Shown here: in pieces, positions 10,890-24,405 of the stretch | How positions within the stretch are numbered: the stretch's first letter is position 1 | Layout of the letters: the number at the start of each line of letters is the position of its first letter | DNA from: Paraspadella gotoi | Lineage: Eukaryota; Animalia; Chaetognatha | DNA: 64,000 bases | Assembly (NCBI GenBank): GCA_051294375.1 | Contig: CM119267.1 | Span: forward strand, 19,791,546 to 19,855,545 | Direction: 5' to 3' | Notes under the pieces: model-generated | Seen by the model: only the letters and a program-made list of their open reading frames with translations | Databases searched by the model: none | Told to the model about the DNA's origin: nothing | Position numbers and translations under genes: made by a program

Positions 10890-13800
10890 TTAGTTTCTAT
10901 AATGTTCTTGCGCACTTTGAGCGTTGATCTGCTGCGGCAGAGGCAAGTAGTGGTGAGTTCTGGGAACGAATTCTCTCAAGATTTCCCTCGCCATGCTTAG
11001 ATTGTTCTGCGAAATGGTGAGCGCACGGGCCGCGGCGTGGGCGTCCATCCCTTCGCTGACTAAAATGGCGACGTTCGGCGCCATTGCGGCTTGCGACGGC
11101 CGAGACCGCGACGGCTCTTCCGAGTCGGTCACGACGGCCCCAGACGACGCGCGACGAGCGGCGTCGGGCCTCGAAGCATCCCCGGAAGAGGTCCTTCGCA
11201 CGAGAGCGTGCGTCGGGTCCGCGTTTTCCTTGAAGTTTGACTCGGAGAGAGGGATGCGGGATGGCCGCGCGGAATCAGGCACATCGAAGGAGGCGGCCGA
11301 GAGTGGCGCGGGTGACATGCCCTTGGAGATGGATGGCGAGGAAATGGAAGACGTCATCGACGAATCCGGCGTCACCCGAGCAGGAGGAAGCGGAGGCAGA
11401 GCGTCGTAATCGGCCGATACTGACATCGCCTGGAGAATTATAATTTATATTTTTTAATTTGTAAATGAAATTGGTACAATTGAAGTTAAAAATTAACCAT
11501 TCATTTAATAAAAATCTTAAAAGTATAGTGCTCTCGCCAGACGTTACTATCAAAAATTAATGAAAAAAACAAAAACAAAAATCTTAAAAGCATAAGGATC
11601 GTCGCAATTGCATAAGAAAAATCTGGATTGACGACTTATTTTGATACCATGACTGTCCAGTGTCCAATGGACAGGCTGAAACTAATTGTTGAAGAGTGGA
11701 CTAACCTGACTTCGAACTGTAGGTTTGCAGCTCCTCCTCGGCACGGGTGGCACTGGCGGCGACGTTCCGTCCACGTGACTCGCGGAATCTGCGTCCGCTC
11801 GAGCGGTTTCGTCGAGGGCCGGCGACGAAGCAGAAATCGTCATCGAAGAAAATCCCGTCGCACTGAGAACGGAGGCGGCTTCGGCGTTTGGCGTCTGGCG
11901 CGAAGACGAAACGGCGTTGTCGAAGTCCATGAAATCCGGCGTCGAATCGTCTCGAGTCGACGAAACCTGACGGCCCAACGACGTTTCAATGGAATTTAAT
12001 TCCGGAAGAAAAGGGCGATGGGGCGTAGCGGATGGGGACGTAGAAACCGCGCTTGAATTAACGGGATGACGCGGAGAGGATGCGGCGCCGTCCGTAGGAT
12101 AAAAAGCGAGACCGAAATCTTGAGGCGTCGGAGGAATAACGGGAGCTTCGTTGGTTGCCGGTTGAGATGCTTCCGCGACTGAAGGCACTGGGTTTGCAAT
12201 TGGCGGTGGCGGAAGCCGCAAAGGGGTAGAAGACAATTCTCCGGATGTAGGTCTGCTACCGGAGTCAGGGCCGGAAAACCGGTTGGAGCTCTTCCCCGAC
12301 GGCGTATCTTTGCCGCTGACGGAGCGGCCCGAGCGGACAGGGGGAAGCGGCGGCGCCACAGTATCCTGAAGGGCGTTCACGGAGCCGCCGTCACCAAAAC
12401 TTGCTGCGAAAGGGAGAGGTTGACCGGAAGGGGGCGGAGGCGGTTGACGACGAGGGATTGGCGGAGAACCGCCAGGGGAATGAACCGGGGACGGCGACGG
12501 CGTGGGACGGCGGGGAGGAACCGGCGGAGGAGGCGGACTTCGACGAGCAGCGGCCGGGGAAGAGGCGGGAGATTCCTTGGAGACGAGGGAGTAGGAATTG
12601 GCGCCATAGAGAAGGGCGTCGTGAGCATCGCGGGAAGGCGCCGAATTGTCAGGTCCGCTAGAAACGGACGCTGATGCGAGGGTACCGCCGCCGATTTCTC
12701 CGCTCTTGGAGATGCTTAACTTTTGGGCATTGACTAGCTTGGCTTTCTCTCCGTAGGATGGCCTCAACGTTGACGACGGCGATACCGAGGTCCAATTAGA
12801 GGGCTCTTCCATGACTCCGGAGTCGTTGTCGTCGTCGTCGCTGACCGGCCGATGACGCAGGTCCGAGGCGGCGTAATCCTCCTTGTGACGAATGGAATTT
12901 AAGGCGCTGAGCGGGGGACCAGAAGTGGACGCGACGACGTCGCGATCCTCCCAATCACCGAAAGTCGTCGAAGTCGAAGACGTCAACTCTGAGAATTCGT
13001 CTACTCCGCCGACGGCATTGCACGACGGCGACACGAGCGACGCCGCGCCCGATAATGCCGCTTGAGACGACGCAGCGCCGACGAAGTCCTCGGTCTCCGC
13101 CGTTTTTCGGGGCGTCGTCTTTTTCGGGTCGAAAGGATCGACGACCACGGGCTCCCAGCTCTTTATCTCTTGACGACAAAACGGGCAGCTTTGGCCGTCG
13201 GAATCCTACGAGAGAGAGAAATCAAAAATCGAAATAAAACTGTCAGCGGTAGTTTGATTATTAAGTTTTACTGGAAAACAATTTCAGTATATATATAGAT
13301 ATATCCTATATCTCATTGAGGCTTGAATCACGCACCTGCCACGACTGCAAACACGGGGTGCAGAGCAAATGACCGCAGGGTTCGATTCTCATGTCCTTGT
13401 CATTTTCGGCGCAGATTTTGCAGAGTTGGAAAGTGGAGCCCATCTCACAGTAGAGCTCGTACTGTTCCTGCGTAACCTCGATGTGTTCCTCGTCCGTGTC
13501 TTGGATGGCCGACGAGAGATCGGGATTGATATTTCGGCCGTCGGGGAACAAATAGAAACCTACCGTCGAATCGAAGGATAATTCTAGATTATGTTAAAAC
13601 TTGCAACGAATAACTTAACGAATAAATTAAAAAGAGCGAAAATTATGTCATGGTGTGACATTGCTGAATGCTGAGTAATTTTAAAAATAAGAAAATTCTT
13701 ACCTTCTCGATGACCATCGATCAGTGCTTGACAGAGCGATTTGTTTTGCGGAATGGTTTGAAGAATTTGCCCGTCATTCGTCACATAACCTAAAAGGTGG

Positions 13801-15188
13801 CCATGTGAAAGGAATAAAAATTAAATTTATAACGATTTGGAACTTCCTCGACCAACCTATGGCCCATTGACCAAGCCGGGTGCAGCTGAGCCGGAAGATG
13901 TAACTGCCTGGCTTGCCAATGTATTTTTGCAGCCGGGCTTTGACCTCGTCGTATGTCAAAAACGCTACGTATCCCGGGTGGGTGACGGCGAGCAGGTTCC
14001 AGTTCTTTAACAGTGATGTCCAAGGCTGGAAGAGACGCGAAAAGACGTCGAACTCGAAATTGGAGATGTAGTCATTGCAGGTCAAGTCGATGGTCGACTT
14101 AAGGGCCATGGCTTCAAGACCTGTGCCAAAAATATAGAGCTTTTTAAAAATTAATATCACGTGAAAGCGATCTCTTAATGATGATTAATCATAATTGATC
14201 ATAATCATAAGTACGGCTTTTTTAATCAATCACAAACGAAATGAGTTTATTTCCATTCCGGCATTTGCCAAAAGTATGTCCAACATAAAAATCAACGAAC
14301 CAGAAGAAATGGGGTGAATCTCTTGCAACGCCTGCCGAAAGAACTTCCAGGGAACAACCGTCTTGTTTCCGCAAGAATCGCGCCAAAAATCAGAAGCGTC
14401 ACTTTTCGTGATTTTGTATGTATGACCCGAAAAGATCCCTTCCGGAAAAATGGCCTGGAGTGAAAGACGGGGAAAATGTTCTTAAAAAAACGCTGTTATT
14501 TTTAACTAATATTCTCAGAATTATTCAATGAAGAAAGATTTAAATATTACTTTCAATTCCGCCAACATGTGACTAAAGACCAAAGAAAGCTTGGTAAGAT
14601 TTCTCCTGTAATGAGAATTCTCCTCGAACATCCTCTCCTTGCCGTCCTTAAACAGCTTGATGGCCTGCTTGCATTTGCGGATGAGGTTGTCGACAAACAC
14701 TTTGAAGTACTCGATATCATTGAGAACGTGGATGCGATCTTCGTTCTTGGAGACTATCAGGCGAAGATGCTGATAGGTGTCCGGCAAAATGTCAAGGACG
14801 TAGGGGGGAGAATTTTTCAGGTTCTGTAAGGGAAATCGTTGGGTGAGGATTACCACGACACAAAGTCTACTTCACATAACTTCTTTACCATCTTGGGATG
14901 TTGACAGAGCTTGACTACTTTGTCCATCAATTTCCAAGACTTTTCGATGGTCTTCTTGTCGATAACGAGAAGTTTGGCTGGCGCCACCACGTTGGTGATA
15001 CCGAACTGAATGCGCGAAAAGATGTGGGGAAGACGAGCGACGGCTCCGTTGGCTCCGGGAGTCCCAACGGACGATGGTCGTTGAGGAGGGAGCGGCGGCG
15101 CTCCAGAGGGAGAAACCAGGGTGGGAGGAGGGGAAGGGGAGGATGACGCGATCGCTCCCTGGGTGGGAGTTCCCACCCCCGCCATCAT
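10890..15188 (-). CDS. CBL: E3 ubiquitin ligase Cbl (TKB, linker, RING, Pro-rich region, UBA), multi-exon
   Basis: [102 protein letters not shown]; UBA-like [20 protein letters not shown]. Confidence 0.96.
11579..11634. mobile_element. 5'-end fragment of HINE-like family B in the last CBL intron
   Basis: ATCTTAAAAGCATAAGGATCGTCGCAATTGCATAAGAAAAATCTGGATTGACGAC matches starts at 34671, 40185, 45537 and 55982. Confidence 0.7.
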
Positions 15189-16655
15189 ATTTCGCTACTC
15201 TATTTTTTACGTGTGAGGGGATACTTTTTTGATTTTGATGCCTTCGGGTTTCGTATAAAAAAAGTCGTGGGTTGAAACACGAGTCAAGTGTTCGTCTCGC
15301 GCATTTTAAGTCATTCTCCCCCCCAACCTAAAAAAGTTAGAAATATATAAAGCATATGGAAACTTTCTTTTTATAATTAAAGGACACTCTCTACCATAGA
15401 GTTGATTTTGTTTCCAAAGGCAAGAGAATATATCATATTAAGGTCAACATTATTTTTAAATATTTCTTTTTGATGAGAACAAGTTTTTTATAAATACTAC
15501 AAGTTTTTTATAAATACTATTTGTTTACAAAGTTTCAGGTTTACTTAAATTTTTTAAAATCGATTATAGAAATATAATTGAAAATGAAATCAAATCTTGC
15601 TTCTCACAAAAACGAAAGTTTGTAAACCATTTTTAGCTTTGCGGGTTTCTCTGGATACTTTCAAAGGAAAAAAAAAATTGCCCAATAGTCTTCCCTCAGC
15701 AGTGAGCAAGAATGAAAGTCTTGAAAAGCCGTAGCTGAGTTGTACAAATAGGATATATAAAGATCAGCGAAATAAATACATAAGAAGTCAGTGGAGTAAA
15801 TAGACGGCTAACAAGCATCAACAGAGACCTACGTACGTTCTATCTTCCGTTGATCTATAACATAGAAAATTGAAACCGTATTTAAAAAAAAAACTGAAAT
15901 GAATAAAATAATATAGAAAACCTGCAACAGGACCCATGGTAAATTTTTTCCGAAAACCGGTGAATTTTTTCATAACAGTGAATTTACAAAAAAGATTTCA
16001 TAATTAGAAAGAATATCGGTTTGAGGATCGAACGTGAGTAAATGAGAAAAGACAATAACTATTTAACGATAGGACTACACTAATATGAAATGGAAGACAC
16101 TGCAGCTGTCTTTTCATCTCCGATCTGATCGCAAATACCGTCTTTAATTTAAATTCGAAACAAGGATGATGAACAACGAATAAATTACTTAACAGGTCGC
16201 ACGCCATGCACATAAAAGATGCATCAATCACGCTCAATATCGAAAACCATGCGGTCAGACCAGAAAATAAACCGGAATAAAATGGCACTGTGATTGTATA
16301 CTACTACACTCTAAACAAGCCCAAGGCATTTCTAATGCCTTTTAAAAAGAGAAACCACGCCATTTTCCCCTGGTACGATTGCACAACTAAAAGAAAAACA
16401 CCCATGCAACACCCTAAGTTTGCCCGAACCGAAAAAAATATTTTAATTAGTAACAATCAATAGGGATGAAATCTTAAAAAAAATAAAATCCCGGGTAAGT
16501 GAGATCAAACACGTCTAAAATTTAAATTAAGCTTTACTCGACTACAATATTAACAGGCGAAATGTCGCGTCGTAAAAATGACTTAGAATATACTCGCCAT
16601 AACTTTAGTTTCTCATTACATTCTGAACTCTAAGGAAAAAAAAATTATAAATTAT

Positions 16656-19600
16656 TTATCCCAGGTTCCAGATTCTCAGAGTGCCGTCTGCAGACGCGGT
16701 GAAAAGATTATCGTCATTGACGGCAAGGGCTGCGATGGACTTCGGGTGCGCCGTTTCTTCCTGCGACAACAAATTAAACCCTCCGGCGCCGACGTCCCAC
16801 AGGCGGAGGGCGCCGGAACGACAGGCCGACACCAGCAGGTCGCCCTCTTCTTCCCCGGGAGGCGCAGCGGCACGATTTCTCCAAGCCACTGGCGGTATGG
16901 CCAAGTCGGAAACCCAATCTTTGTGGGCGTTGTTCTGCGTGGCGACCAAATCGACGGAGGTGAGGTCCCATTTTTTGATGTGACAGTCTCGCGATCCCGT
17001 GAAAAGGTAGGCCGTTCGCCCGCTGGTGGATTTTTTAGCCGCAGACTTCACCCGCGTCATAGCCAGGCACTGAACGCCGTCGTAATGCGGGGGATGCAAC
17101 GTGTGACGAGCCGATAACACGCCCTGAGGATCCGCGGGAACGTCGTAAAGCTTTACGGTGTGGTCACGCGACCCGATGACGACAGTGTGTCCCTGGGGTG
17201 TTTCCGGTTGGGGACCGGACCGATTTTTCAAAGAGTTCAACGAAGGCCCCGTGAGAATGCTGAGAACGTCCGTTTTGGAACCGGTGCTGAGACGAGACAC
17301 GGAGGCGAAACGTCGCAAGTCCCAGATCCTGACAGCAGAGCCCGAAGCAGCGTACAGCAGCGGCGCCGCGGTACAGGAGAGAGAGACGGAGTTGATGAGC
17401 GACTCGCCGTGCGGAACGACGTTGGTGCGAGTGGAGGTGGAGAGTGGCGGGTGGCCGTCGTTGATGAGACCCGAAGAGTTAAGAGTCTTGATGCAGGTTT
17501 GCGATCTGCGAGCGAGAGAAAATGTTATTTTAGATATGAGTTTCTCATTAATGATTTTCCAACAGGAATGATGTACGATATCTATTACAAAACTGGAACA
17601 GAAAGTAATCTAACCTTGTGTTGTGTAGATCCACCCTCTATTTTCAGAAGACAACACTAACGTCCCCATCCCAAACATTGATAAATAATATCATATTTAA
17701 ATATTTAGGACAAAAATATTATAAAAAATAAATAAAGTCATAAATAATAGTTATTTTTAAATCTAAAAAAAAAATATAAATAAAGATAGTGAAACAAGTA
17801 ATTTTACAATTTTCATATATAAAAAGCGTGTAAGAAAATAATCCAAATTCTGTTTATTGTTGATATCTGTTTATCGAGTCAAACTTTTGATATGAAATAA
17901 TCTTCTCATTACCTTAAATCCCACACTTTGATGTACACCAACGACAGCGTGAACAACAACTTGGAATCTGGAGCAAATTTGACGCACGTCACGTTGTTGG
18001 GGTGACCGGTGAGTGACGAGATCTCGTGACCAGTCGTCAGATCCCAAACTTTGGCCACACGATCTTTGCTGCCGGAAAACATTCTGTCATTAGTGGCATC
18101 GACGCTGAGCACCGCCTTGGCGTGGCCTTCCGCCACATGGAGGCAGTTCAGAACCGTCGAGGAGCTGGAATTTGACGACTGGCGAAGAAAAGGCGAGGGG
18201 CCGGAGACGCCGGCGTTTCGAACGTTATCGGTGGACACGTGAGGTCGAATGATTCCTTTTCCTGAGTCGGCCACGCTGTTCCGTGCCGCTCTTCCCGATA
18301 GACGCGCGAAAACGTTGCCCCTACGGAAAGCGGAGGGCGACGGGGGAGGCGTTGCTTCGGGGGTGGCGTTCGTTAGGCCTCCCTCGACCGAGGAGGTGGC
18401 CCAGGAGTCATTGGATCGTGCGTTTACGTTATTATTGTTATTGTTGTTACTGCTGGACGGATGGATCTGCGTAAGATTTTGACCGCTACCCGCTTTTCTT
18501 CTCAAACGCGGGGACGGGGAGGATAGGGCGACGCCGCCCTTACCGCCACTGGAACGACCCTTGGCGCCGAGCCCTGGACCAGGGAAGCTGCGAGTCATGG
18601 GAGCGGATGTCGGTGGGTTCGAAATCGGCGGAGGCGGCGGCATCGACCGCTTTTCGGAATTGTTGGAGGAAGAGCGAGCTCTAGCGAGACTAGAGTTGGA
18701 ATTTTTGTGAGACACCTCCCTATCTGGGACGGTGACTTCGCGACCCGGGGTGCGCGAGGAACGCTCCGTATGGCGTTCCGGCGCGGATCTAGGGTTAGGA
18801 AGAACGGGTTTGGAGGCCATTCCGCTCGAGGCGGAAGAAGCGCTCGAGGAAGGCGGAAGAGGATTTTCGTTGATGGAGGAAGTTGAGGATGATGTGCTTC
18901 CTGAAGATCCGTTGTGAGAGGAAGGGTTGAGAAGGTTCAAGACTTTAGACGTCAGATTCTTGGAAAAACCCGATAACTTAGAAGGCGAAGGCCGATTCAG
19001 GACCGTGTAACTCCCCCCAAGTTGTTTTCGGGCCAAATTTTCGTCCAACTTCGACGCCGATGAGTCCTCTAGCTGAAAGGAAGCCGCGTCATGGGAAATC
19101 TTGGGTACAGAATTGTTCTCGACGGAATGGCTTCTTCTGAGCAGATCGAATGTCCCACTGAGCGCAGAGTTTCGAGAGGGAAGGCCGTGAGAAGAAAACT
19201 TTTGTAAATCGGCGCCTGGGCACGATTCAGAAGAAACGTTCACAGGTTTTCGATGACCGAGCAAAGGTTTAGATACGCTGAGTTGAGAGGGCGATTGATC
19301 AGAGATCGATCGAGGCGCGAGGATCAGCGAATCGGACACCGAACTTGCGGTTCTGACAGATGTCACGGATGACAGATCGTTCTGCGGTTGAGAATCTTCG
19401 ATTGGGGGTAGGCTTAACGTGGTGACAAAGGCATTGACGTGATGTTCGGGAGGGTGCGATTTGAAATTAGCTAGATCCGGTTCGGTTTCATCTTCGATCA
19501 TAGGAAGAGCCATGTCAGAGTCGCCCATGCCGAGAAGATCCTGCGTCGTCGCGGTCTTTCGACGGGCTTTGCTGTTGCGACGTTGGATCTGGGAGAAAAT

Positions 19601-22600
19601 CATCGATGGCGGTCCCCCGTTGATCAAGGGAGCGTGCGTCGTTTGCGAAATATCTTCCATTTCGTGCAGCATCATTTTGGAGTCGGTGGGCGACGCCGAT
19701 CTGGAAGAAGCCATAGAAGAGCCCGGAACTCCGACGTTTTCGTTGCAATTTTCTTCATAAGAGAAAATATTGTCCACTTCCAAATCCGTTTTGTCCTGAA
19801 TCATGTACTGAAGTAGCTGCTGCTGAAGCACGTTGTTTTGACGGGTCTGAACCAATTCCGCCTCCAGTCCTTTAGCAGAAGCCTCCTTCTGTGAAGCTTC
19901 CAGTCCCTTGTCAATGGCGAAAACAAGAAAAGATTCAAGCAGGTAGCGAGCTTCTTCTAAGTTCACAGCGTTGATGAGTTTGCTCACGCTGACGTCCTCG
20001 CCCTCTGATTTGCTCTCTTCCAACTGCATTATCGCGTCTTGGCATTCGGATATGTTGTCTTGAACAAAATTGATGTTATCTTGCACGGACTCGATTTGAT
20101 CAATTATCTCCGATTCAGCATCCCTGGCAATCTGTGATTTCACTCCTTGCAAGGCCTCCATCTTTTTTTTCAATTTCTCTAATCGTTTACTCAACTTTTC
20201 ACGTGAAGATACCCATCTTTCCATTTCCTTCTCCATGTTCGCAATCGTTTGTTTTTTCTTTACTATATTCATAATGTTCTTTTCGATATTTTGCCACTTA
20301 AGTTTAGCGCCGGTCTTTGTCCGTTTTTGGAGCACAGCGGTCGTTGTTCGCGGTTTGTTACCGCGAGAGGCAAACAAGTCTGACTCTGAGGTATGTTTCT
20401 TTTGCATAGATTTTGAAACGTTATCAGAGGCGTTTTGCAAACGTGAGGTCGATACGGAAGGAGTACTAGCCAGACTTGTGGTCGAGTTCCTTTGGGTGCC
20501 GGGGAGAGACCCCGACACTGGTTTGACCTGCCGCCTCAAAGCGTTGACCTCCTCTTGCTTTCGCTTTAAAATTAAGTCACGCTGCCTCTTTTCATCCTCA
20601 AGAGTCCGGATTCGACGATCCTTTGAATCCTTATCCTTTTTCAATCTATTAAACTCTCGCTGCCTTTTTGCCTCATTTTCTTTCATCTTTGCCGATTCGA
20701 CCTTCATCTGTTGCATCAACTTTACTTTGGTTGTTTTCATGTCCTTGAGTTCTCTCTGCAATTGATGTAACTGCTTCTCGTGTTGAGTTTTGTTACGCAG
20801 AAGCTTTTCATGCTCCTTTTTGGCTGCCTCCAGTTTTTTTATATCCAGTTGCATATTAGAGAGTCGCTTGTCATAGTCAGCTTTTATGTTTTCAACTTTT
20901 TCCTGAGATTGAGAGGACAGATTGCTGACAGAGGCCAAAACTTCGTCGCGTTCTTGCGAAGTGGCTTTGATCATTGTTTGCAACTGTATTATCTTCTCCT
21001 CGTAATTGGACTGCATCAATGCCATCTTGCGTTGTTGCATCTCTAATTGTTCTATAAGGCGTTGTTTTAAAGATATTTCATTAGTTATTTCAGCCAAATC
21101 ATCTTGAATTCTGTCCGACTCCTCCGTGTTGCTGTCATCATCATCCTCATCCTCACTTTCAATCTGCTCTTCTTGCATCTCCTCTTCCTCTTCATTTTCC
21201 TCCTCTTCGTCAATAACAATTATCTCGTCATATTCGGACATTGCTTCCGAGCATTCGCTCTGACTTCGGGCATGTTCGTTCTCTAGATCCATGTCCGTTT
21301 TATCTTCTCCCTCTTCTTCAACCTGATCCAAACCGACGGGGACAACCATAATCTTTTTCTTAACTTTTTTCTGTTTCATCTTTACATCTTTTTTTGCTTC
21401 TACCAAAACAGACTCCAATTCCTCTTCGTCCCTGGATTGTGAGAGATCGAAGGTGCCACTGAATCCGACCATCGACATGGAAGAGTTAGCTCGAAATGGA
21501 GAAGTCTGCGATCGAAGCTGCGCCCTCTTGTGCATGGCTTCAGATTCCAAAAGCTTCGATCTCAATTCTTCAATCTCCTCCACATATTTCCTGACGACAG
21601 CGGTCATTTGTTCCATTTCCTCTGCGTCTTCGGCATTTTCTCCCATATCAGCTTTCTTCATTTTTAACACTTCCATATCAGCCAGCAGTTGAACATTATG
21701 AACGCGAAGTCCGTCTGCGGTTTCCTGCAACACTTTGATCCGTTCACGCAAGGCATTGTTTTCGGTCTGGAGCATCGTGTTTTCATGAAAGAGATCATTA
21801 TACCCTTCTACTCCGTCGGCATCGATCAACCGTTTTCCCGTCTTGTATTCCAGCAATTCCTCCTGAAGACGGTTCACTTCTGCTCTCAGGGCGGCAAGCT
21901 GCTGCGAGGTTTTATCCTGATTAACCGAGATGCGGTTCTTGATGTTCTTCGCTCTGTTTGCATATTTGAGAGTATTCAGTGTCTCCATGAAATCCCGATC
22001 CGACGGAGAAATACAAGCGATCATAAGAGTTCGGGAATTTCCCCCCAGAGAATCTTGCAACAACCTCGTTAACTTTGAATCCCTGTATGGAACGTGGCTG
22101 CCCTTTTTAGACTTGTCGCCGAGTGCGGAAATCACATTGCCAAGAGCCAAGAGACCACAGTTGATAGATATCCCCTCCTTAGCGCGATCTCCTGTGGCCC
22201 CGGTACGTTTGAGGCGCTCGCTTCCGGCTAAATCAACGAAGTGAAATTTGGCAGAGAGAGTCTCGAATTCGTTGAGTGGTTGAGAATCTTTTGACTCCTC
22301 CCCGTCCTCGGGGTCAGTCTTGGACAATCGTTGCTGCCGAATGTGAAGCGAAAAAATGGCGTGCGACCGCGAAGATTGAGCATTCATGTTTGTGCTGGCA
22401 GTGGTTCTAGACAGGGCGCCCAAATGAAGGCACTGCATGGTTTCGGCCACGGACGAGACGGCTCTTGTGGTCACACCCACACAGTAAATGCCGCCCGTCG
22501 CGTCCTCGTGGATTTTGACATTGCTCTTGATCCTAGAACCGGTGGTGGCGCTGTCAAACAAATCAATGATATCCTCGTTGTATAACTCCATAAATTGGGC

Positions 22601-23172
22601 ATTGATCTTAAAATCCGGCGGCGGGAGTCTGGCCTCTACGGCTTCTTCGCGTCGGCGCTCGATGCCTTCGAAGAGATGTCGAACTGCTCGCGGAATGACG
22701 CCTAGATCAGCTTCAACCACATTCACGTCGAAACCGGTGCCCATAGTGTGGGTTTTTCCGGCGCCGGTCTGACCATAAGCAAGAACTGTCGCGTTGTAGC
22801 CTTCGAAACATCCCTCTACGAGATTTTGAACGCTTGTATTATAGACGTGCTCTTGGGTGCAATCGATGTCGTAACAAAAATCAAATGTAAAGGCCTAAAA
22901 GAGAAGTATTTTTAGTAGAAAACAACTTTTACAATGACATTAATTTATTTTGCACGTTCTTTATAATAATTTTTAAAAAATACAAGAGACATATTCCGTC
23001 AGAATTTTACCTTGTCCTTTCCTAGCGTAATTTGAGGTTCGCCGGGTGTGACATTGGTGCAAACGCGACACATATCGACAAGCTCCTTGTGTAACTGCGG
23101 TCGAATCCGAATCGCCACGCGAACGTTGTTCGCGTCTGCGCTCGAGGCCGCTTCCGATCTTGGAGCCGCCAT
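16656..23172 (-). CDS. KIF21: Kinesin-4 family KIF21 (motor, coiled coil, WD40); 3 exons ~23172-23011, 22894-17912, 17505-16656
   Basis: [69 protein letters not shown]; WD40 repeats [12 protein letters not shown] and [10 protein letters not shown]. Confidence 0.95.
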
Positions 23173-23467
23173 TTCTAGAGTTTCGCAGCGGCGAAAATTG
23201 TCTTGTTACTCGAGCTTCATTTCCCCCCTGAGAGGCTTTTACCGTAAGCGCGAAATACCGGATCCGGTTGGTCCGGAGTCATGGTTTTATACGAAACAAA
23301 GGGAACGATAACGTGAGCGTTTTTTGTACCACATAATAAGGTTTTGATTAAGCGAAATAAGGCGAAAAGCGAAGAGGGACTAAATAAAAAGGAAAATTGG
23401 AAACAAACAAATTTAACAATGCCAGTAAAAATAACTAAAAATATCGATCGTTTTATGAAAAAAATTA

Positions 23468-24291
23468 TCACTTCAATCGCAAAACGAGGCTCGTCACTGA
23501 ACTCCCAGTCTTCCCTCCGAAGCTAAAAGTCGGGAAAGCGATTCTGTCATGAATTTTAAACTTATTCCCGAAAAAGATCATCAACTCGTCTTCGGTCCAA
23601 TTGCACGAAGTCAAAGAAAAAACCCCATCTTTCTTTAACGACGCCGCGACTCCATCGACGTAGCGACGCTTCTTTCCCTCAGCGTCGGCGGGGCAGAGAG
23701 AAACGGCGTCAAAGGTTCCTTTATCAAGGACAACATCGAATAGGTCAGTCTTTTCGACGGCCGCCGTCAAGTCCCGAAATGCGAAACGGACGAAGGGCGT
23801 CGTGAAGTCGGCCTGCGAATCCCCCTCGATCACTTTAAAATCTTGGAGCTGACCCTCAGCGACTTTGCTCGAGGCGACTGTGGCGGCAAGTGAGACAGCG
23901 CCAAGAGAATAATCAACGCCCGTCAAGCATCGCCATCCTTTGGTCGCTAAAGCGAGAAGAGTAGAACCGTTGCCGCAGCCGATATCAAGAACGGAACTAC
24001 ATTTTTTTAAATTTAGCATTATTAATCTTTTAAATTTTTTTATAAGCTGTGAGAGACCGACCTATCTTTGTTAATTCCCTCGTTTTCAAGCCATCGGACG
24101 ACACGATTTACGGCCCCTTCTCCGAACCACACAGTTCCCTCATCGCCAAAATCCCGATAATTGTCCAGCTCCTTGGCGTAAGCAGAGTCCCAATAATCTT
24201 TAGTTCCGAGCTCTGAGGAATTCAGCGAGGATCCGTGATCGTCGTCGTCATCGTCGTTTCGATTCGAGTCGACCGCGATCGAATCGCTCAT
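23468..24291 (-). CDS. EEF1AKMT2: EEF1A lysine methyltransferase 2 (METTL10/Efm4), 2 exons
   Basis: SELGTKDYWDSAY, WFGE, VLDIGCGNG, DKGTFDAVSL, TSCNWTEDEL, PTFSFGGKTGS. Confidence 0.92.
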
Positions 24292-24294
24292 TCT

Positions 24295-24315
24295 TCTATG
24301 AAAACAAAAGAGAAT
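24295..24315 (-). promoter_or_regulatory. Candidate trans-splice acceptor of EEF1AKMT2
   Basis: ctcttttgttttcatAG|AAGA-ATG, within a 114-bp spacer after the DDX31 stop. Confidence 0.55.
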
Positions 24316-24405
24316 CGGGGTCAACCCGACCCGACGACAGGAAAAAAAAAACTCTCTTAAAGTTCCACCCAACATTTCCCCCCCCCCCACATCTATTTTT
24401 TCTCC